From NCBI GenBank assembly GCA_044450345.1, contig JBIOIY010000073.1:1-11113 (forward strand): a stretch of 11,113 bases of DNA, given 5' to 3'. This DNA comes from Thermodesulfovibrionales bacterium (GTDB taxonomy: Bacteria; Nitrospirota; Thermodesulfovibrionia; Thermodesulfovibrionales; UBA6898). The position numbers and the translations under genes are program-made. This document shows positions 1 to 8,675 of this stretch, piece after piece; position 1 is the stretch's first letter, and each line of letters opens with the position of its first letter. The notes beneath the pieces are model-generated. The model searched no databases and had not been told where the DNA came from. It worked only from the letters and a program-made list of their open reading frames with translations.

Positions 1-189
1 CGACACCTTTGTCGTTGCGGTCTCGTCCAGCGGCATCTTGACCGGGATTTCAAAATAAAACTCATCTCCCCATTCATTGGGTTTCACATCGATAGGAAGC
101 GCATCGGCAATGGACTTTGCCGTGGCGGTACTGAAAAGCTCAGCGTCGAGCACAATATCATTCGTTGCGATCTTTATCTTCACAGACAT
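1..189 (-). CDS. Cyclophilin-like fold protein (TM1367/DUF369-type), 5' part, truncated by the window edge
   Basis: Not in the ORF track. Manual translation from ATG at 189 gives MSVKIKIATNDIVLDAELFSTATAKSIADALPIDVKPNEWGDEFYFEIPVKMPLDETATTKVS, open to position 1. The TAxxxxxxLP...WGDExYF motif fits this family. A purine-rich GAAGGAAAG lies upstream. Confidence 0.8.
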   Translation of the reverse strand, partial: MSVKIKIATNDIVLDAELFSTATAKSIADALPIDVKPNEWGDEFYFEIPVKMPLDETATTKVS

Positions 190-430
190 TTGCTTTCCTT
201 CTTGTTAATTTTACCATGCATAGCACTAGCCGGTCCCGAATCGCGATGACATCACACAATCCTGATATCTCCCTCGGCATAACAGACACGGGGAAAGGGC
301 GAAGAACACCTGAAAGCCCTCAAGCATCGAAAGCCGCAACTGTTGAGGATTGCCGTTTATAACTATCACCGTTAGGAGAAGGACATCTCCCAAGAGACCT
401 GCCGGCACTGTTTCCTGAATTCTCAATATC

Positions 431-439
431 TGCTATCAT
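431..439 (+). promoter_or_regulatory. Possible extended -10 element (TGcTATCAT) for the oxidoreductase gene
   Basis: TG-n-TATCAT about 65 nt upstream of ATG 503. The same 9-mer occurs at 4491-4499. Confidence 0.35.
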
Positions 440-502
440 TAAAACGTACCTAAAATGAACGCCGGATAGTATCCCCTATCCGATCACGAATGGGAGATTA
501 CG

Positions 503-2416
503 ATGCATTTTCCTCATATTTTCCAAGAAGGAAGAATCGGTAGCGTCGTCCTTAGAAACCGTCTCATCATGTCTCTCTATCCCACAAAGTATGCCACCGA
601 CAGTAAGGTGAACGAAAGGATGATCGAGTTCTACCGCGAGCGGGCGCGCGGGGGCGTTGCCATGATCGTCCTCGATTGTCCCTGCCTCGACTATCCGAAC
701 GCATATAAAGGGCCGAACGAGCTTCGCTTCGACGCGCCGGAGTACGCTGACACCATCAAGCTTCTTCTCGGCGCGATCCACGCTGAGGGCGCGAAGGCAT
801 TCATGCAGCTCAATTATCCGAAGGAGCATATCTTTGACCGCGAGGTCCCCGGATCTAAACAGAAGGGCAACACCTGGGTCGCACCTCTCGTGAGGATCAT
901 GACTGCGACGGAGGCATACGAGATCATCGTGATCATGGCAAATGGGGCAAAGAGGGCGCGTGAATTAGGCTATGACGGCATCGAGGTTCAGGCGAGCTAC
1001 GGTGATTTCATCTCGCAGTTCCTTTCTCCCCTTTCAAACAAAAGGACGGACGAATTCGGCGGCGGTCCCGAAAACCGTATGCGATTTCTCATAGGGCTTA
1101 TCGAAGCAGTCAAAGAGAAGGCGGGCAAGGACTATCCGGTGATGGTGAAGCTCGTATGCGACGAATTTGTCGAAGGAGGACTTACTCTGGATGACACAAC
1201 GGGGATCGCCCGGCTCGCTGAGCAGGCGGGCGCCGATGCCATCCTTGCGTCCGGAGGGAACAAGGCGACCAAGGGCATGACGATCCCCTCTCACTATCTT
1301 CCACCCGGCGTTTTGATTCACCTTGCCAAAGGAATAAAAAAGGCGGTCGCCATACCTGTCATCGCGGTCGGGAAGATCAACACCCCTGAGCTGGCGGAAA
1401 AGGTGATCCGGGATGGAGACGCCGATTTTGTGGCCATGGCCCGCCCGCTCCTAGCCGATCCCCATTTCCCCATTAAGGCCCGGGCAGGAACGACCGAAGA
1501 GATACGCAGATGCCTCTACGACCTCGAAGATTGTGCCGATAAAGGTGTCAAAGGCCTCGGCAGAACCTGTACCGTGAACCCTTTCTCAGGCCAAGAATAC
1601 CGATTGAAGCCCACGAGCGCTCAAAGGAAGAAGAGAGTCGTTGTTGTAGGCGGAGGCCCTGCAGGCATGCAGGCTGCGCTCCTGGCGAGTAAACGGGGGC
1701 ATGAGGTGATTCTGTACGAAAAGGACGATACCCTCGGAGGGCAGTTGAGAATCTCCTCTATCGCTCCATGCAAGGAGGAGATGGAAGCGGCGCTGCAGCA
1801 CATGAAATATATGCTTAGCAAGACGAACGCGAAGGTTATTTTGCACAAGGCTCCCACAAATAAGGAGATCCTTTCTCACAATCCCGAAGCAGTAATCGTC
1901 GCCCTGGGGTCGAGGCCTTCTCTTCCGAATGTCCCTGGCATAGACCTACTCTCAGTGTACGACGTCAGGACGGTCTACGAGGGCACCATCGATCTCGGAA
2001 AGAACGTGGTCATCGTCGGCGGCGGTGACATCGGTTGCGAGACAGCGGACCTTCTCGCAGGGAAAGGCATGAGTGTCACCATCGTCGAGGCCCTCGAAGA
2101 GGCTCTCCATAGGATGAAAGAGATCCCGAAACAGGAACTACTCAAAAGACTCAAGAACAAGAACGTCACAATCCTGACAAGCACAAAGGTGATGGCTGTC
2201 GGGACCGGAAAGGTCATTGTCGAAACCAAAGACGGCATCGGGAAAGAATTAGCGACTGACTCGGTGATTTTTTCCACTGGCGCCATCTCTGCCGACTCCT
2301 TCGCTGAAACTCTCAAAGGCTCTGTGGAAGAGGTATATGTGGTGGGAGACGCAAAGGAACCAGGCAACCTCGGCGCAGCGCTGAGAAGCGCAACTGCCGT
2401 AGCGCTAGCGCTATGA
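503..2416 (+). CDS. NADH:flavin oxidoreductase, Old Yellow Enzyme family (FadH/BaiCD-like: FMN TIM barrel, Fe-S linker, FAD/NAD(P) Rossmann domains)
   Basis: 637 aa with LRNRLIMS, YRERARGG, SQFLSPLSNKRTDEFGG..ENRMRF, DFVAMARPLLADP and CTVNP. Two dinucleotide-binding motifs, VVGGGPAG and IVGGGDIG. GGGAG SD upstream. Confidence 0.92.
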   Translation: MHFPHIFQEGRIGSVVLRNRLIMSLYPTKYATDSKVNERMIEFYRERARGGVAMIVLDCPCLDYPNAYKGPNELRFDAPEYADTIKLLLGAIHAEGAKAFMQLNYPKEHIFDREVPGSKQKGNTWVAPLVRIMTATEAYEIIVIMANGAKRARELGYDGIEVQASYGDFISQFLSPLSNKRTDEFGGGPENRMRFLIGLIEAVKEKAGKDYPVMVKLVCDEFVEGGLTLDDTTGIARLAEQAGADAILASGGNKATKGMTIPSHYLPPGVLIHLAKGIKKAVAIPVIAVGKINTPELAEKVIRDGDADFVAMARPLLADPHFPIKARAGTTEEIRRCLYDLEDCADKGVKGLGRTCTVNPFSGQEYRLKPTSAQRKKRVVVVGGGPAGMQAALLASKRGHEVILYEKDDTLGGQLRISSIAPCKEEMEAALQHMKYMLSKTNAKVILHKAPTNKEILSHNPEAVIVALGSRPSLPNVPGIDLLSVYDVRTVYEGTIDLGKNVVIVGGGDIGCETADLLAGKGMSVTIVEALEEALHRMKEIPKQELLKRLKNKNVTILTSTKVMAVGTGKVIVETKDGIGKELATDSVIFSTGAISADSFAETLKGSVEEVYVVGDAKEPGNLGAALRSATAVALAL

Positions 2417-2620
2417 AGGCTGTGCCGATGCAATCCTCGCCCAATATTAATGTCCTTGTTTGACTTCTCCCCGGTTGCAATTCTGTCATTCTCACAATAC
2501 TCTTTATCGAAATGATTCTGTCAGATCATCGGAAGTAATGTGAAGTACGTAATCAGTGGTCGGATGCAAATGCCCTGGTTTCCGTCGCAATCGAAACAAA
2601 AAAAAGTTCTTCCTGAACGG

Positions 2621-2649
2621 TTGCAACCTCTCCCTGAATCTTATAGACT
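2621..2649 (+). promoter_or_regulatory. Sigma70-type promoter for the ACT-domain gene
   Basis: TTGCAA (2621-2626), 17-nt spacer, TAGACT (2644-2649). Confidence 0.5.
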
Positions 2650-2687
2650 TCAATTAGAAATCAATAGAAGGGAAGGAGGTGTCGGAT

Positions 2688-3101
2688 ATGGCAGACATTG
2701 TAAGGAAAGTGGGGTATTTTTCGATGGAGGTACCGAACAAACCGGGTGAGGGGGCACGGGTGCTCGGGGCACTGGCAGATTCGGGTGTGAACCTGCTAGC
2801 ATTCTCAGGGTTCCCCAGCGGAAGGAAGGCGCAGCTCGACTTTATTCCTGAGGATGTGGCAGTCTTTAAGAACGCTATCAAGGCAATGAAGATCAAGACT
2901 CGGCCCCAGAAGTTCGGGTTCCTGGTCCAAGGCGAGGACCGGAAGGGTGCAGTAGCTGAATTGCTCAAACACTTGGCGGAGAAGAAAATTAACATTACGG
3001 CTCTTGACGCAGTATCGTCCGGCGAAGGCCGCTATGCCGCAATCCTCTGGGTTGAGTCTAAGGATGTGAACAAGGCAGCGAAGGCTCTTGGGGCGACCTA
3101 G
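2688..3101 (+). CDS. ACT domain-containing protein (tandem ACT repeats)
   Basis: Two ACT-like units: VPNKPGEGARVLGALADSGVNL and GEDRKGAVAELLKHLAEKKINI. A strong SD (AAGGAGGT, 2673-2680) favours ATG 2688 over GTG 2679. Confidence 0.8.
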   Translation: MADIVRKVGYFSMEVPNKPGEGARVLGALADSGVNLLAFSGFPSGRKAQLDFIPEDVAVFKNAIKAMKIKTRPQKFGFLVQGEDRKGAVAELLKHLAEKKINITALDAVSSGEGRYAAILWVESKDVNKAAKALGAT

Positions 3102-3140
3102 AGTTTTTATCGAGAGTTCGAGGGTTATCTTTGGCATAGA

Positions 3141-3170
3141 GAAGGGCATGCCAGAACCGGTATGCTCTTC
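3141..3170 (+). terminator. Stem-loop downstream of the ACT gene, possible terminator
   Basis: GAAGGGCATGCC / GGTATGCTCTTC 12-bp stem with two G-U pairs. No clear U-tract. Confidence 0.4.
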
Positions 3171-3464
3171 ATCGTAATGAGTGCGAGGTGAATACTGGAT
3201 TTTCGTCTCCTCCGCAATTCTTCTCCGCTGGTTTCTAAGTAATGGATGACGCTATCGCCGTTCATTCGGCAAGGCAGGCACGAGGATTTTCAGTTGCCGA
3301 CTTCCTTTAAAAACAAAGGCTGCACCTGAGAACAAACAGATCTTTCAAGACACAACTTTTGAAGAATTCCGAAATATGCGGTCGCTTTTTTCAAATGGTG
3401 ATCACCTTTTCTTCGGACTGACGAAAGATTTCCGATTCAAATATGCATATCTATGCTGAGACAT

Positions 3465-3525
3465 AATGACCATCTCGAATGACATCTCCGAATGACTTGC
3501 GCTACCCTTTATAATTATATATGCT
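3465..3525 (+). promoter_or_regulatory. Three AATGAC direct repeats (13-bp period) abutting a putative sigma70 promoter
   Basis: AATGAC at 3465, 3478 and 3491, followed by TTGCGC (3497-3502), 17 nt, TATGCT (3520-3525). TATAAT is also present at 3510-3515. Confidence 0.4.
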
Positions 3526-3577
3526 TTATGCAAGTTGGAATGCGTGATTGGTGACGATGTGGCGATATGGAGATGAT

Positions 3578-4033
3578 ATGAAAAGGGTATGCAGCGAAAG
3601 GATTGAAATTCTCTATGTGGAAGATAGTGAAGATAATGTGCTTATTTTGAAGCAATGTCTTAAAACCGCAAAGGTATGCAATGAATTGCATGTTGTGTTG
3701 GACGGAAGCGAAGCAATAGAGTTTTTGAAAAGAAAAAGCGATTATAAAGATGCTCACAGGCCTGATCTCATTCTCCTTGACTGGAATCTGCCAAAAATGA
3801 GTGGTCACGAGGTGCTCTCGGTAATTAAATCAGATCCCGACCTAAAAACTATCCCTGTAATCGTTTTTTCGGACTCACAGGCTGATAAGGATATAACCGA
3901 AGCCTACAGCTTGCATGCAAACAGTTTCATAACTAAACCTGTAAACTTTGAAAAGTTTTCGCAGGCGATCCGATCGCTGGAGGAATTCTGGTTTGAAGTA
4001 GTGAAATTACCGCCCAAGAAACAAACTATATAA
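3578..4033 (+). CDS. Single-domain response regulator receiver (Rcp1-like)
   Basis: ILYVEDS acidic pocket, PDLILLDWNLP phosphoacceptor Asp and FITKPV Lys. The C-terminal LEEFWF.VVKLP is typical of Rcp1-type receivers. GGAG SD at 3569-3572 favours ATG 3578. Confidence 0.9.
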   Translation: MKRVCSERIEILYVEDSEDNVLILKQCLKTAKVCNELHVVLDGSEAIEFLKRKSDYKDAHRPDLILLDWNLPKMSGHEVLSVIKSDPDLKTIPVIVFSDSQADKDITEAYSLHANSFITKPVNFEKFSQAIRSLEEFWFEVVKLPPKKQTI

Positions 4034-4290
4034 TATATTTCTCCTAACATTCAGTTCGTTCTTAGGCATTCTACACGAAGTCAATATGACTTCAATTGAC
4101 GATGCCCGATGAATATCATTCGTACTACTCATCAGTAGTAGATTCTTAATGGCGTTGACTTTTGGATGTATAACTAAACCGCTGCGCGGTGGTTTCGTAG
4201 ACCATTATTGGCACTTTTTTATTTTAATATGACACCCTTTATTTATTAGCTAATTCCCCGATACAAGGAAATATTTAGAGATTAGCGAGT

Positions 4291-4350
4291 TCAATTAGCT
4301 TCAATCAATCTCAGTCAATTTCAGTCTAATCTATCACACTTTTATCACAC
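4291..4350. repeat. Array of four degenerate 10-bp repeats followed by a TATCACAC direct repeat
   Basis: TCAATTAGCT / TCAATCAATC / TCAGTCAATT / TCAGTCTAAT (4291-4330). TATCACAC at 4332-4339 and 4343-4350. Confidence 0.6.
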
Positions 4351-4434
4351 CATCATTCAGCGAAAGTTCCTCCCTTTAGTATCCTGACTGACCGACGCTG
4401 AAGCAGAACCGCCTCTTATACCCTCTGTCAGGTC

Positions 4435-4455
4435 AAATTGCAACAACTGCAATTT
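4435..4455. promoter_or_regulatory. Perfect 8-5-8 inverted repeat, putative operator
   Basis: AAATTGCA-acaac-TGCAATTT. A related AATTGCA-aatc-TGCAA occurs at 4467-4482. Confidence 0.45.
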
Positions 4456-4505
4456 AAGCTTGATGGAATTGCAAATCTGCAAGAAGAAAATGCTATCATA
4501 ATTAC

Positions 4506-4610
4506 AAGAGGCAGGCACCCCTCCAATGATCCCCAAAAAGTGCCTGCCTTAATCCCCATAAAGGGCAGGCCTATCCCCGATCCCCAAGGGCCTGCCCGCT
4601 ATTTTCTTCG
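4506..4610 (+). ncRNA. Candidate small RNA with two GC-rich stems and four AUCCCC motifs
   Basis: Stem 1 AGGCAGGCAC (4509-4518) / GTGCCTGCCT (4540-4549). Stem 2 GGGCAGGCC (4563-4571) / GGCCTGCCC (4589-4597). ATCCCC at 4529, 4552, 4573 and 4580, all unpaired. Extended -10 TGcTATCAT at 4491-4499 and a T-rich tail after stem 2. Confidence 0.5.
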
Positions 4611-4818
4611 CTTGTCGATAAAATTTATCATTTTCTTGAATATTCTTCGACAGAAACCTTTTTCTAGGGGTGCAAACAAAGAAGGGTACAGCGTTTACTC
4701 CCTAGAATGCTCACAGATGATCCTGTGTAAAACAATGCACCTTTCATTCTGTAATTAAGTGCTAACTGCTCAAAGTTTCATCCAGAAGACCAGCATGAAA
4801 AAACACTGAAAATAACGC

Positions 4819-4847
4819 TTGACAGTAACCAAAATCAGTTATAACAT
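4819..4847 (+). promoter_or_regulatory. Sigma70 promoter of the perR-like gene cluster
   Basis: Consensus TTGACA (4819-4824), 17-nt spacer, TAACAT (4842-4847). Confidence 0.7.
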
Positions 4848-4855
4848 GGAATTAG

Positions 4856-4872
4856 TTAGGAATCATTCCGAA
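4856..4872. promoter_or_regulatory. Per/Fur-box-like palindromic operator (putative autoregulation)
   Basis: TTAGGAAT-C-ATTCCGAA, with the AAT-n-ATT core of Fur-family boxes, lies between the promoter and the regulator ATG. Confidence 0.6.
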
Positions 4873-4873
4873 G

Positions 4874-5320
4874 ATGAAATGCCACCCAAGAGCGCTGCAA
4901 ATCGAACAGAAGCTGATAGCGAGTCTCCGGGAGAAGGGGTACAGGCTGACCCCGCAGAGGCTTGAGATCATAAAACTTCTGTCGCATGACAGATCGCATC
5001 CGGGGGCAATGGATATTTTAGAGAAGGTCAGACAAAAAGCTCCGAAGATCAGCATGTCAACGGTCTATTACACCCTGGACATGCTGAAAAAAGAGGGGCT
5101 GATACGGGAACTTGAATTTTATGATAAGGACAACCGATATGATATTACCGTATCGGATCATATCAATCTCATCTGCAGGAAGTGCGGAAAAATTGAGGAT
5201 TTTACAGAAGCAGTGCCCTTCTCTTCTGAAATGATAGAAGCGCAGACCGGATTCCGGCCTGTGGGCATGCGGTTCGAATATTACGGGTATTGCAGGAGAT
5301 GTCAGAGCAAGAGAAAGTGA
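4874..5320 (+). CDS. perR: Fur-family transcriptional regulator, PerR-like
   Basis: RLTPQRLEI, SHP, STVYYTL, RYD..DHINLICRKCGKIEDF and YGYCRRC (two CxxC Zn motifs). It retains the Asp equivalent to PerR D104 and heads a peroxide-defence cluster. Confidence 0.8.
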   Translation: MKCHPRALQIEQKLIASLREKGYRLTPQRLEIIKLLSHDRSHPGAMDILEKVRQKAPKISMSTVYYTLDMLKKEGLIRELEFYDKDNRYDITVSDHINLICRKCGKIEDFTEAVPFSSEMIEAQTGFRPVGMRFEYYGYCRRCQSKRK

Positions 5321-5360
5321 TGGCACCCTGATGGATGTACTAAGAGGGCAGGGAAAAACA

Positions 5361-5825
5361 ATGGAGACCAGAAGCAAGGTTTTGATCGGGATATGTTCTC
5401 TCTTTGTTGTGGTTATAGCGCTGTTTTTCTCGGGGTTAGTTGGAAACGTTAAGAAAAGTGGGCTTTATTTCAAATGGTCCAAAGGAAACCCACAGGACAC
5501 CGTTGTCCAAGTCACTACCGGGAAGGAAGCAATTGTCCCTTTTGAGTTCAGGGTGGAAGGCAGAGTGTCGAAAGTGAGCTTGGCGATAGGGAATGAATCA
5601 TTGAAAGGAAAAGGCATTTCGTTTGAGGAGACCGTTGTCCCGGTAAGAAACGGCGTAGCGTCCTCAAAAGTGATATTCAATATCCTTCCGGAGGGCCGGG
5701 TCGGGGCCGGCCGCCATTATCTTACTATCATTGCCAGCGATGTCGGAACCGGCCGCATTATCAGGGAAGGCGAGATCCCTTTCGCTCTGGATATGCTCGA
5801 TCTTATTTGGCGATGTTCGTGCTAG
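5361..5825 (+). CDS. Hypothetical membrane-anchored protein, beta-rich, with C-terminal Cys-Ser-Cys
   Basis: Basic N-terminus plus hydrophobic helix VLIGICSLFVVVIALFFSGLV, alternating beta-strand patterns, ending LIWRCSC-stop. Co-directional and close behind perR. Alternative start at 5331. Confidence 0.75.
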   Translation: METRSKVLIGICSLFVVVIALFFSGLVGNVKKSGLYFKWSKGNPQDTVVQVTTGKEAIVPFEFRVEGRVSKVSLAIGNESLKGKGISFEETVVPVRNGVASSKVIFNILPEGRVGAGRHYLTIIASDVGTGRIIREGEIPFALDMLDLIWRCSC

Positions 5826-6182
5826 GCAAATAGACTTAAACGTTGCACAAAAGCGCAGGAAGGAACGCTGAAAAATAGCATTTGAATAGCACAGGTATTG
5901 AAAAAAGAGACAGGAAGAAGCGGTAACGTTTTTCTTCAGGGCACTTCGGAATACTTACTAATTCAGGCAGAAGGTTCGGGCAGGAACTCCTGCCCGGTGA
6001 TATTAAAGTCAATACTCAGCCGATGGCAGAAACCGATATGAAGGCAGAAAGGAGATTGTTATTACAGAAGAGAAGAAACTGGCAAAAAAAGCTAATGCGG
6101 CGCTGAGCGGTGCTCGAAGGGCATCCTGCTCGTGTACCTGGTTCCCTGCCCAAGCGGAGCGAGGGAGGGAATTACTTGTTAG

Positions 6183-8411
<2,229 letters not shown>

Positions 8412-8412
8412 T

Positions 8413-8592
8413 CGGCACATGAACAGCTACACGAGCCACACTTATATGTGGGGCAATGCCAGAGGCGAGCGCTTCTGGGTGAAGTATCACTTCAAGACAA
8501 ACCAGGGCATTGATTTCCTCACGCAGGAGGAGGTCGACCGGATCGCCGGCAAGGATGATCCCGATATGCAGCTGAGCGAAGTACCGAAATAA
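8413..8592 (+). pseudogene. Internal fragment of a monofunctional heme catalase (KatA/KatE family)
   Basis: Translation [51 protein letters not shown] matches the conserved catalase segment RHMxGxxSHT...N..GE..WVKxHFKTxQGI..LT.EEA..IAG.DPD. The distal His and proximal Tyr regions are absent. Stop at 8590-8592. Confidence 0.85.
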
Positions 8593-8675
8593 GGGAAAGC
8601 AGTTCTTTCACCAGTAGTGCACACGCCGGCCTGGTTGATCCGGCTCGGAAATATAAACCAGAGGAGGAGAGCATT

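Noticed and set aside
290..350. GAAA-containing hairpins suggestive of a c-di-GMP riboswitch
   Set aside because: The conserved GCAAA(C)...GACGCAAAG core is absent.
165..426. Short ORFs 165-362 (+) and 226-426 (-)
   Set aside because: They have no SD or motifs and lie in the divergent intergenic region. The first overlaps the real minus-strand gene.
4040..4200. Possible integron attC site after the receiver gene (CCTAAC at 4043-4048)
   Set aside because: No complementary GTTAGG-type end at a suitable distance and no integrase.
4208..4225. TTGGCAC sigma54 -24 element
   Set aside because: The required TTGC -12 element is missing.
4291..4600. CRISPR array interpretation of the intergenic repeats
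   Set aside because: The units are too short and degenerate, there is no repeat-spacer periodicity, and no cas genes are present.
4438..4758. 106-aa + strand ORF
   Set aside because: TTG start with no SD and no protein-like motifs. The stems and promoter elements inside it are better explained as non-coding features.
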